From the sequence record ON528733: a stretch of DNA of 40,156 nucleotides; one strand, given 5' to 3'. This DNA is from Shigella phage ESh23. Made by a program: the position numbers and the translations under genes. Positions 13,001 to 20,204 of this stretch are shown here, one piece after another; within the stretch, counting starts at the first letter, position 1; the number at the start of each line of letters is the position of its first letter. Below the pieces are notes generated by a model. The model did not search any database. It saw only the letters and a program-made list of their open reading frames with translations, and had not been told where the DNA came from.

Positions 13001-13065
13001 TCTCACTACCTACAGTCAATCCACTGGTAACGGGGCTACCTACAGTCTCACTACCTACAGTCAAT
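13001..13065. repeat. two perfect 20-bp direct repeats TCTCACTACCTACAGTCAAT (13001..13020 and 13046..13065) within a CCTACAGT-rich array
   Basis: Read directly; CCTACAGT-type motif recurs at least six times between 12700 and 13090, analogous to the CCTAAAG repeats of the T7 left end. Confidence 0.8.
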
Positions 13066-13290
13066 AGACACCTTGTTGACCTACAGTTTATCAGAGTCCT
13101 AAGGTCTAGACTCACAGGTTATCACATCCGGTCCGTTTAGCAGTCAGAGACCATAGCTGACTAGGGTTATCGTTGTTGGTGTCTGCCAACTGGACTCTTA
13201 TTATCCATAGTCCTGACCTAAAGTCAATCATCTGTAGTCATCCTTATATAGTCACTGGACTACTGTATAAATTAACATGATAAATAGTTG

Positions 13291-13319
13291 TTGACAGTAG
13301 GTCTAACTTTTGGTTTAAT
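13291..13319 (+). promoter_or_regulatory. host sigma70-type early promoter (T7 A1-like): TTGACA-17 nt-TTTAAT
   Basis: TTGACAGTAGGTCTAACTTTTGGTTTAAT resembles T7 A1 (TTGACTTAAAGTCTAACCTATAGGATACT). Confidence 0.5.
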
Positions 13320-13440
13320 AGCTTCCGTCAACACGACACGGCAACAACCGGATAGTGAAGACGCCGGGTCGGTCCGGTTAAGTAGTCAGCCTGTAAGACA
13401 TACGAACAACAGGCAACCGACAAGAAGGTGAAACAAACGC

Positions 13441-13470
13441 TTGACAAGATGTGCCGACTTAAAGTAGTAT
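13441..13470 (+). promoter_or_regulatory. host sigma70-type early promoter (T7 A3-like): TTGACA-18 nt-TAGTAT
   Basis: AAGGTGAAACAAACGCTTGACAAGATG...TAGTATGTACCACATCAACACGAC parallels the T7 A3 region (AAGGTGAAACAAAACGGTTGACAACATG...TACGATGTACCACATGAAACGAC). Confidence 0.55.
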
Positions 13471-13589
13471 GTACCACATCAACACGACGGTGAGGCCCAA
13501 CACTGAAACGGGATAGCGAGGCGACGACAGCTAAGCGAATGTTCTTTAACAATCTGGATAACTCTTAATGTGCGCCGATAGCGACTAAC

Positions 13590-13665
13590 TACAGGGCCTT
13601 GAGTCTACCGCGAGACGGGCTTGACTTGAGCGACTCAGGGTCCTGACTGATAGTCACTAACAACT
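13590..13665 (+). promoter_or_regulatory. structured leader element upstream of the first early gene (R0.3 position); shares the CCTGACTGAT-AGTCACT 3' motif with the elements at 14465 and 14905
   Basis: Position and partial match to the T7 R0.3 region (CTTTAACAATCTGG...); fold not verified. Confidence 0.3.
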
Positions 13666-13679
13666 GAGAGGATATAACT

Positions 13680-14186
13680 ATGGAACGTAACACTAACGCA
13701 TACTATGACCTGCTGGCTGCAACCGTTGAGCTGTTCAACGAGCGTATTCAGCAAGACGAAATAGCTGAAGGTGATGACTACAGCGATGCGCTGCATGAAG
13801 TCGTAGACGGTCAGGTTCCGCACTATTACAGCGAGATTTTCACGGTGATGGCTGCTGATGGTATTGACCACGAGTTCGAAGACTCTGGGCTGATGCCTGA
13901 TACCAAGGACGTAACGCGTATACTGCAAGCTCGCATCTATGAGGCACTGTATAACGATGTGTACAATAGCTCGGATGTAGTCTGGTTCGAGGCTGAAGAG
14001 AGCGACGAGGAGGACGAATACTGGGTGGTTGACGCTAAGACAGGTGCATTCATTGAGCAAGCTGTATCACTTGAGGTCGCTACTGCATGTGCCAAGGACC
14101 ACTATGCGATAGGTCGCCGCCTGAAAGTCGAAGACATCAACGACAACGTAGTGTTCGACCCTGCGGCTGCTGAGGACTGCGAGTGA
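13680..14186 (+). CDS. ocr: Ocr (T7 gp0.3-like anti-restriction DNA mimic) with ~50 aa C-terminal extension, 168 aa
   Basis: Core VPHYYSEIFTVMAADGIDHEFEDSGLMPDTKDVTRILQARIYE is near-identical to recalled T7 Ocr; acidic; first gene after the early promoters. Confidence 0.9.
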   Translation: MERNTNAYYDLLAATVELFNERIQQDEIAEGDDYSDALHEVVDGQVPHYYSEIFTVMAADGIDHEFEDSGLMPDTKDVTRILQARIYEALYNDVYNSSDVVWFEAEESDEEDEYWVVDAKTGAFIEQAVSLEVATACAKDHYAIGRRLKVEDINDNVVFDPAAAEDCE

Positions 14187-14335
14187 TGGTAACTTATGGT
14201 CTCTGCCAGCACCACATGGAGAACGCCCGGCTATCTCTGGCGACTCTGAAACACGACGCTATTATGCGTCACCTGAAAGCGGTCTACGAGGGCCGCAAGC
14301 GTATACACGACAGCTTACACTCTGAGGGCAAGTGA
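14186..14335 (+). CDS. small early ORF, 49 aa (T7 0.4-0.6 position)
   Basis: ATG overlaps Ocr stop (TGATG); weak SD; below the ORF-track length cutoff. Confidence 0.35.
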   Translation: MVTYGLCQHHMENARLSLATLKHDAIMRHLKAVYEGRKRIHDSLHSEGK

Positions 14336-14337
14336 AC

Positions 14338-14463
14338 ATGTACCAGATAGCTTATAGCAGTGAACAGGCCTTCTACGATGGTCTCGTTGAGCTGATGAAG
14401 CGCGGGGCCTGCTACACGGCTAACCACCATGCGCTAACCATAACGCTGACAGGCGGGTACTGA
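14338..14463 (+). CDS. small early ORF, 41 aa
   Basis: ATG 2 nt after the previous stop; weak SD. Confidence 0.3.
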   Translation: MYQIAYSSEQAFYDGLVELMKRGACYTANHHALTITLTGGY

Positions 14464-14464
14464 G

Positions 14465-14510
14465 TGTTAAACTACAGGTCATCTACATGGTGGCCTGAGT
14501 GATTACCACT
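14465..14510 (+). promoter_or_regulatory. conserved early-region element (ACTACAGGTCATC..CATGGTGGCCTGA.TGATT..CACTT), likely RNase III site
   Basis: Near-identical copy at 14905..14950, each directly upstream of an early gene RBS. Confidence 0.3.
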
Positions 14511-14534
14511 TGACAAATATAGAAGGAAAGAATA

Positions 14535-14882
14535 ATGACTGCTAAAACTCGCAATGTATTCTCGTTAGCATTTAAACTCAACGTTGTTGAATACTACACC
14601 TCTCTACCTGAGGGCGTTATGGATAGGGTGACGGAAACAGCCCAAAAGTTCGGGGTGGGGACGAGCTCGGTGAAGCGCTGGTTTACTCAGTATAGCCGTG
14701 GTGAGCTTGCCATGGAAAACGCTATTGCGGTAAGTCGCAGTCCATCTAAGGTAATAACAGGGGACACATACCACCTTGCTGGTAAGGACTTTAAGTCCAA
14801 AGAAGAGGCGATACGCTATGCAGTCGAGCTGGCTGGGGGTCTTACTGTAACCAAGATGACAACCATCTCGGTGGAGGTGTAG
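14535..14882 (+). CDS. small HTH DNA-binding protein with a transposase (IS3 OrfA-type) helix-turn-helix signature, 115 aa
   Basis: FSLAFKLNVVEYY...AQKFGVGTSSVKRWFTQY fits the FxxEFKxxxV...GVSxxxLxxWxKxY pattern of IS3-family HTH domains; good RBS AAGGAAAG. Confidence 0.75.
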   Translation: MTAKTRNVFSLAFKLNVVEYYTSLPEGVMDRVTETAQKFGVGTSSVKRWFTQYSRGELAMENAIAVSRSPSKVITGDTYHLAGKDFKSKEEAIRYAVELAGGLTVTKMTTISVEV

Positions 14883-14904
14883 GAACAAGCGATGTAGGTG
14901 AGTG

Positions 14905-14950
14905 CCAGACTACAGGTCATCCATGCTGGTGGCCTGACTGATTGTCACTT
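14905..14950 (+). promoter_or_regulatory. second copy of the conserved early-region element, upstream of the kinase gene
   Basis: Matches 14465..14510 copy. Confidence 0.3.
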
Positions 14951-14974
14951 AACCACAAGAAGGAAACACACGTA

Positions 14975-15709
14975 ATGAACGCACACGATAAAGTAATCAT
15001 GAATAACCTGATGTATCAGCTCCACGCTATCATCTGCGAGGAGTGCTATAAGATTGAGGACTCTAGCGCTGGCATAGCTGGTCAACCTCGCTGGGGAGCC
15101 TTTGAGATACTGGCGCGGGAACATGGTTACAAGCTGTTAGGCCTTGGACATTTCGCCGCTGCCTTTGAGCATGAGGACCTGCCGGGATATGCAATCAAGG
15201 TAGGCTTTAAGAAGGATGACTCAGGCGCTGCATATGCGGCCTTCTGCCGAGAGAACGAGGGTCTGGCTGGGCTTCCGGTCATCCATCTGGTCAAGCGCTT
15301 TAGCAGGGCATACATGGTCGCTATGGATAAGTACCGCTCACTGAATGACATTGGCGGTGACTACTGCCGGGATGGTGAGACCTACGAGCAGCGAGTCTTA
15401 AACGTGTCGTGGCGTGTAGTCAACGCGATAATAGACCATTGCGAGCAACCGTCTGAGGCCCTGAGCTGGTGGCTGGACCAAGACGCACGGGCTGAGTTTG
15501 GACACGTCGAGGCCCAGTATATCAAGGACCTTGCGCAGACCGCTAAGAAGATTAACAGTTTCTTCTACGGGCTGGCATCATTCGACACACACCGCGCTAA
15601 TGTGATGGTTGATAACAATGGGCGACTGATAATCACAGACCCAGTGTCTTGGACTCAGGCAGACCATCAAGACGAGCTGCAAGGCAGGCTGAACGCAATA
15701 GCTGAGTGA
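14975..15709 (+). CDS. serine/threonine protein kinase (T7 gp0.7-like kinase domain only), 244 aa
   Basis: Motifs LGxGHFxAA, IKVGFKKDDSGAAYAAFCR, FFYGLASFDTHRANVM, ITDPVS match recalled T7 gp0.7; ATG 14975 with RBS preferred over TTG 14942. Confidence 0.85.
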   Translation: MNAHDKVIMNNLMYQLHAIICEECYKIEDSSAGIAGQPRWGAFEILAREHGYKLLGLGHFAAAFEHEDLPGYAIKVGFKKDDSGAAYAAFCRENEGLAGLPVIHLVKRFSRAYMVAMDKYRSLNDIGGDYCRDGETYEQRVLNVSWRVVNAIIDHCEQPSEALSWWLDQDARAEFGHVEAQYIKDLAQTAKKINSFFYGLASFDTHRANVMVDNNGRLIITDPVSWTQADHQDELQGRLNAIAE

Positions 15710-15716
15710 TAGACGA

Positions 15717-15754
15717 GAGGCCACTACATCTAGTGGTCTCAAAGATTATTTCTC
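15717..15754 (+). terminator. stem-loop (10 bp stem GAGGCCACTA/TAGTGGTCTC, loop CATC) followed by AAAGATTATTTCTC; possible weak terminator or processing site
   Basis: Read directly; U-tract is not contiguous with the stem. Confidence 0.3.
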
Positions 15755-15774
15755 ACAACATATAGAGGTGAACT

Positions 15775-15864
15775 ATGAACATCGGGTACTGGGTGTGCTT
15801 ATCTCCGGTCATCTTTCTGATAGCTTGGGGTCTTCTGGATGCAATCAAGCGAGGGTCTCTGTAA
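15775..15864 (+). CDS. 29-aa hydrophobic peptide (MNIGYWVCLSPVIFLIAWGLLDAIKRGSL)
   Basis: GAGGTG SD 7 nt upstream; stop overlaps next start (TAATG). Confidence 0.35.
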   Translation: MNIGYWVCLSPVIFLIAWGLLDAIKRGSL

Positions 15865-16058
15865 TGGGCTGGATACTTCTGGTCATCGGCTACGGGCTAA
15901 TACTCGCAGTCATCACGAAAGACATCATCAAGGCACGTAAAGTCTACCGCTTCCAGTATGTATCACTGGGGCGCTGGACTGTAAGACAACCGAACGGACG
16001 CTTTCTGCGCAACCTCGCAAACGTCTGGGATATAGCAACCTTAGGGAGTAAACTGTAA
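15864..16058 (+). CDS. small membrane protein, 65 aa (N-terminal TM helix, basic C-terminus)
   Basis: ATG-initiated version of track ORF 15768..16058; translationally coupled on both sides. Confidence 0.5.
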   Translation: MGWILLVIGYGLILAVITKDIIKARKVYRFQYVSLGRWTVRQPNGRFLRNLANVWDIATLGSKL

Positions 16059-16384
16059 TGAATAAGTCATACGGGATTAATCTGGTTCATGCTCTGGACG
16101 CAGACCTTAACCTGCTTTCAGCACTGGCTACAGGATACCGTCACAGGACCTCAAGTCACACCATTCGTCAACAGCAGGAGCGCGACCGGGTGCTGCAAGC
16201 AAGACTCCGGGCCGAGGGCCATAAGTCCGAGCTGATGTGTCTGGCGTATGGTGGACGACCTCGCACGGACGATGGTAAACTTCTGGTCTCAGGCTGGATG
16301 GCGATAGACCAGCGGTCAGGCATCAAGCATACATCCAAAGGCGACTTCAGCCATCTCCACGCTAACACACTGATATGCAAGTAG
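16058..16384 (+). CDS. hypothetical early protein, 108 aa
   Basis: ORF coupled to the upstream ORF (TAATGA); no motif recognised. Confidence 0.55.
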   Translation: MNKSYGINLVHALDADLNLLSALATGYRHRTSSHTIRQQQERDRVLQARLRAEGHKSELMCLAYGGRPRTDDGKLLVSGWMAIDQRSGIKHTSKGDFSHLHANTLICK

Positions 16385-16391
16385 TTTGGAC

Positions 16392-16410
16392 TAAACTATC
16401 ACTAAAGGAC
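16392..16410 (+). promoter_or_regulatory. variant phage-type promoter upstream of the RNAP gene: TAAACTATCACTAAAGGAC
   Basis: Matches the consensus except A for T at -2 (T3-like CACTAAAGG). Confidence 0.45.
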
Positions 16411-16487
16411 TCAAGGTCGAAAGACTCTAAGTCAGGACTGAAGTGAAAGACTTTAGTGATAAGACAACAGTTATAAGGACTTTAAGT

Positions 16488-19169
16488 ATGAGCGTCATCT
16501 CAATTGACAAACACGACTTCTCTGATGTGTCGAATGCAATCGAACCTTTCAACGTACTGGCGGACCACTACGGGCAAGACCTCGCAGTCAAACAGCTCCA
16601 GCTAGAGCATGAGGCATACACTGAAGGTGAGCGACGTTTCATTAAGAACCTTGAGCGTCAGACTGAGCGCGGGGAACTGGCAGACAATCAGGTTGCTAAG
16701 CCACTGATGCAAACGCTGGTCCCAACCATCGCTAAGGCTGTGCGTGAGTGGCATGAAGGCCCGGACGGTAAGTCCTCGACCTCTCGCCCAAGCGTAGCGT
16801 TTACCATGCTGAGCACTGACGAGAAGGCTGTCAAAGACCGCTCTCTGCGCATCTCTCCAGAGTCCGCTGCGGTCATCATACTGAAGGTCATTCTCAGCAA
16901 GCTGGTCAAGCCTGAGGGCATCCCGATAACTCCTATGGCGTCCGCGATAGGTCGCACACTGGAAGATGAAATCCGCTTTGGTCGAATCCGTGAGCAGGAG
17001 CAGGAGCATTTCAAGAAGACCATAGCGGAGAACCTGAAGAAACGCGCTGGCGCAAGCTACAAGAAGGCCTACATGCAGGCAGTCGAGGCGTCTATGCTTG
17101 AGCAGGGACAACTGGCTGACGCGTGGGGGACTTGGAGTCCGACCGAGGCAGTTCATGTAGGCATAAAGATGCTAGAGCTGGTCATCCAGTCATCGCAACT
17201 GGTCGAGCTGAAGCGCTACGGTGCAGGCAATGCTGCGGTAGACGTCGAGATGGTTCACCTGTCTGACTTCTGGGTCAAGAAGATGGCTCAGCGTGGCTTC
17301 TCTCTGGCTGGAATTTCCCCAGTTTACCAGCCCTGCGTCGTGCCACCTAAGCCGTGGACCGGGGTGGTTGGCGGTGGGTACTGGGCTAAGGGTCGCAGGC
17401 CACTCCCTCTGATTCGCTTAGGGTCTAAGGCTGCGGTCCAGCGCTACGAAGACGTGTACATGCCTGAAGTGTATGAGGCAGTGAACATCATTCAGCAGAC
17501 TCCTTGGAAGGTAAACAAGAAGGTGCTGGAAGTGGTGAACATGGTCGAGAAGCTGAATAACACGCCTATCGCTGACATCCCTCAGATGGAGCCGCTGAAG
17601 CCTGAAGACTATGCGGGTGAGACCGAGGAGGAGCTTAAGGCTTGGAAGAAATCTGCGGCTGGCATCTATCGACGCGAGAAGGCCCGACAGTCTCGCCGTT
17701 TATCGCTGAGCTTCATCGTCTCACAGGCTAACAAGTTCTCTCAGTTCAAGGCCATATGGTTCCCGTACAACATGGACTGGCGAGGTCGTGTTTACGCAGT
17801 CCCGATGTTCAACCCTCAGGGCAACGATATGCAGAAGGGCCTGCTGACTCTGGCGGTAGGCAAGCCAATCGGTGCGGACGGCTTCAAATGGCTGAAGGTA
17901 CACGGTGCAAACTGCGCGGGTGTAGATAAAGTCACCTTTGAGGAGCGCATCAAGTGGGTTGAGGACAACCACGACAACATCCTAGCGACTGCTAAGAGTC
18001 CGATGGATAGCATTGACTGGTGGGGCCAGTTAGACTCTCCGTTCTGCTTCCTCGCGTTCTGCTTTGAGTATGCCGGGGTTATGCACCACGGGCTGAGCTA
18101 CTCCTGCTCTCTGCCTATCGCGTTCGATGGGTCCTGCTCTGGGATTCAGCACTTCAGCGCTATGCTCCGTGACCACGTTGGTGGACATGCGGTAAACCTG
18201 ACGCCTTCCGGTAAGGTCCAAGACATCTACCGCATTGTGTCCGACCGGGTGGAAGAACAGCTCAAGGAGCTGCTGGTCAACGGCAGTGACAACGAGGTGA
18301 AGACCTTCGAGGACAAGAAGACAGGCGAGATTACTGAACGTCTGGTCCTTGGGACCCGTGAGCTGGCCCGACAGTGGCTGACCTACGGGATGTCACGCTC
18401 GGTCACTAAACGCTCGGTAATGACTCTGGCCTATGGGTCGAAGGAATACGGGTTCGCGGACCAAGTGTTTGAGGATACCGTGATGCCAGCGATTGATAGT
18501 GGCAAGGGAGCAATGTTCACGGACCCAAGCCAAGCGTCTCGCTTCATGGCTAAGATGATATGGGACGCTGTGAGTGTGACCGTAGTGGCTGCGGTGGATG
18601 CAATGAAGTGGCTTCAGGGTGCGGCTAAACTGCTGGCTGCCGAGGTCAAGGACAAGAAGACCAAAGAGGTCCTTAAGCCTTGCCTTCCGGTTCACTGGGT
18701 AACACCTGATGGCTTCCCGGTATGGCAGGAATACCGCAAGAAAGACACAACGCGCCTGAATCTACTGTTCCTTGGGTCGTTCAACCTGCAACCGACAGTC
18801 AATAAGGGGTCGAAGAAAGAGCTGGACAAGCACAAGCAGGAGTCCGGTATCAGCCCTAACTTTGTACACTCACAGGATGGCAGTCACCTGAGGAAGACTG
18901 TGGTCCACACCCACCGCAAGTATGGCGTGATGTCCTTCGCGGTGATTCACGACAGCTTTGGGACCATACCAGCAGACGCTGAGTTCCTGTTCAAGGGAGT
19001 CCGTGAGACGATGGTCGAGACCTACCGCGACAACGATGTGCTGCAAGACTTCTACGAGCAGTTCGCGGACCAGCTTCACGAGAGCCAGCGCGACAAGTTG
19101 CCTGAGCTGCCTAAGCGCGGTAAACTGAACATCGAAGACATTCTGTTATCTGACTTTGCATTCGCCTGA
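16488..19169 (+). CDS. single-subunit DNA-directed RNA polymerase (T7 gp1-like), 893 aa
   Basis: Collinear with recalled T7 RNAP from N-terminus (DFSDxxxAxxPFNxLADHYG) to C-terminus (LHESQxDKxPxLPxxGxLNxxDILxSDFAFA); ATG 16488 preferred over GTG 16443. Confidence 0.97.
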   Translation: MSVISIDKHDFSDVSNAIEPFNVLADHYGQDLAVKQLQLEHEAYTEGERRFIKNLERQTERGELADNQVAKPLMQTLVPTIAKAVREWHEGPDGKSSTSRPSVAFTMLSTDEKAVKDRSLRISPESAAVIILKVILSKLVKPEGIPITPMASAIGRTLEDEIRFGRIREQEQEHFKKTIAENLKKRAGASYKKAYMQAVEASMLEQGQLADAWGTWSPTEAVHVGIKMLELVIQSSQLVELKRYGAGNAAVDVEMVHLSDFWVKKMAQRGFSLAGISPVYQPCVVPPKPWTGVVGGGYWAKGRRPLPLIRLGSKAAVQRYEDVYMPEVYEAVNIIQQTPWKVNKKVLEVVNMVEKLNNTPIADIPQMEPLKPEDYAGETEEELKAWKKSAAGIYRREKARQSRRLSLSFIVSQANKFSQFKAIWFPYNMDWRGRVYAVPMFNPQGNDMQKGLLTLAVGKPIGADGFKWLKVHGANCAGVDKVTFEERIKWVEDNHDNILATAKSPMDSIDWWGQLDSPFCFLAFCFEYAGVMHHGLSYSCSLPIAFDGSCSGIQHFSAMLRDHVGGHAVNLTPSGKVQDIYRIVSDRVEEQLKELLVNGSDNEVKTFEDKKTGEITERLVLGTRELARQWLTYGMSRSVTKRSVMTLAYGSKEYGFADQVFEDTVMPAIDSGKGAMFTDPSQASRFMAKMIWDAVSVTVVAAVDAMKWLQGAAKLLAAEVKDKKTKEVLKPCLPVHWVTPDGFPVWQEYRKKDTTRLNLLFLGSFNLQPTVNKGSKKELDKHKQESGISPNFVHSQDGSHLRKTVVHTHRKYGVMSFAVIHDSFGTIPADAEFLFKGVRETMVETYRDNDVLQDFYEQFADQLHESQRDKLPELPKRGKLNIEDILLSDFAFA

Positions 19170-19181
19170 GGAGGCATCTAC

Positions 19182-19382
19182 ATGAAATTCGCACACAAGC
19201 AAACTGGCGTTAAAGGCGGAACTCAAATCGTGACCGTGACCGAACATAATGGCAAGGGTCTGGTAAAGACCACGGTCATTCCAACCGAGATGTCAAAGCA
19301 GCTTAACGTCCCATTCAAATGGCTGGTGCAGCAGGTTGAGAAGTCACACGAACAGGCCTTGACCGAGGCTGTGACGAAATGA
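19182..19382 (+). CDS. hypothetical protein, 66 aa (inserted after the RNAP gene relative to T7)
   Basis: Strong SD GAGGAGG 7 nt upstream of ATG. Confidence 0.6.
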   Translation: MKFAHKQTGVKGGTQIVTVTEHNGKGLVKTTVIPTEMSKQLNVPFKWLVQQVEKSHEQALTEAVTK

Positions 19383-19456
19383 CGGACCTTCAGTGGCTGG
19401 CCTTATGGCTGGCCTTCTTAGCAGTGTACACTTTAATCCAACGCAGAAGAGGTTAA
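19379..19456 (+). CDS. 25-aa hydrophobic peptide (MTDLQWLALWLAFLAVYTLIQRRRG)
   Basis: ATG overlaps upstream stop (ATGA); single TM-like segment; no clear SD. Confidence 0.3.
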   Translation: MTDLQWLALWLAFLAVYTLIQRRRG

Positions 19457-19460
19457 CCAT

Positions 19461-19931
19461 ATGTTTGGTAAGTCAAAACTTAAAGCGCAAATCAAAGAGT
19501 TGAGCATGAAGGCGGCATACTTGGAGCGAGCCGTAGAGGTCCGTGACAAGGACAACGAGAGGCTGAAGGATAAACTTGCTGAGTCCGAGCGCAGACGCTT
19601 AACGCCGCCAGAGCCTGTGACTGTGAAGCGTATGGTAGGCCTGAAGTTCAGGGCGCTGTTCAATGGCCTCTATCAGCCGACTGAGTTCAAGACCGGGCCT
19701 GGGCCATGTGGCAAGACAGTGACTCACTTCACCACGAGTCGTACCGAGCGGGAGCTGACTATCCACCAGCACCACACGGATGGCTCTCAGAAGGACTTTG
19801 AGTATCGACTTAGCGACATCGACGGTCGAATCCAGTACGACTATGAGCAAGTTAAAGTATACGGAGAAGAGGCCGAACGCGAGCGAGCGCTTCAGGCATT
19901 CGTTCGGGTAAGACCTCGCGTCGTCATCTAA
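19461..19931 (+). CDS. hypothetical protein with N-terminal coiled-coil, 156 aa
   Basis: SD AGAGG upstream; ends at the phi1.1-position promoter. Confidence 0.6.
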   Translation: MFGKSKLKAQIKELSMKAAYLERAVEVRDKDNERLKDKLAESERRRLTPPEPVTVKRMVGLKFRALFNGLYQPTEFKTGPGPCGKTVTHFTTSRTERELTIHQHHTDGSQKDFEYRLSDIDGRIQYDYEQVKVYGEEAERERALQAFVRVRPRVVI

Positions 19932-19948
19932 ACTATCACTATAGGATT
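19929..19948 (+). promoter_or_regulatory. phage RNAP promoter (phi1.1 position): TAAACTATCACTATAGGATT
   Basis: Conserved promoter motif. Confidence 0.7.
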
Positions 19949-19991
19949 AGACTCAAGGTCATGACTCAAAGTCGTGGCCTTTATGATTAAC
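19949..19991 (+). promoter_or_regulatory. conserved hairpin element (RNase III site, R1.1 position)
   Basis: AGACTCAAGGTCATGACTCAAAGTCGTGGCCTTTATGATTAAC; same family as 9786 and 27027. Confidence 0.4.
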
Positions 19992-20020
19992 CCTAACTCA
20001 ATACAATCAGGAGCTACACC

Positions 20021-20200
20021 ATGTATCAGAATACCATCAACTTCGAGCGCATCCGTGAACGTCAGCAGACTGAAGGCTACATTCCGAAGGGCCGCAAGCT
20101 GAACAAGACTAAACGTGGAGGAGGCGTGAAGGGTGCTTTCCGCAACGCTGAAGGTAAAGACTCGCTGGTTAACCAAGAGAAGTATTTCGTAGGAGCATAA
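20021..20200 (+). CDS. T7 gp1.1-like small basic protein, 59 aa
   Basis: GRKLNKTKR matches recalled T7 gp1.1; SD CAGGAG. Confidence 0.6.
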   Translation: MYQNTINFERIRERQQTEGYIPKGRKLNKTKRGGGVKGAFRNAEGKDSLVNQEKYFVGA

Positions 20201-20204
20201 CGCT

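Noticed and set aside
12922-13140. 72-aa plus-strand ORF in the terminal repeat region
   Set aside because: Falls in the repeat-rich non-coding genome-end region, has no RBS, and its translation is dominated by the repeated CCTACAGT/CTCAAGTC units.
14511-14537. TTGACA hexamer just upstream of the HTH gene as a sigma70 promoter
   Set aside because: A matching -10 element at proper spacing would overlap the start codon, and the region is part of the conserved processing element plus RBS.
14535-14882. Interpretation of the HTH protein as part of an insertion sequence
   Set aside because: No DDE transposase ORF follows, no terminal inverted repeats or target-site duplication are visible, and the gene is embedded in the phage early operon with phage-type processing elements.
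16443-16487. GTG start extending the RNA polymerase ORF by 15 codons
   Set aside because: The T7 RNAP N-terminus aligns from the ATG at 16488, which also has the better-placed RBS; the upstream extension overlaps the promoter/processing region.
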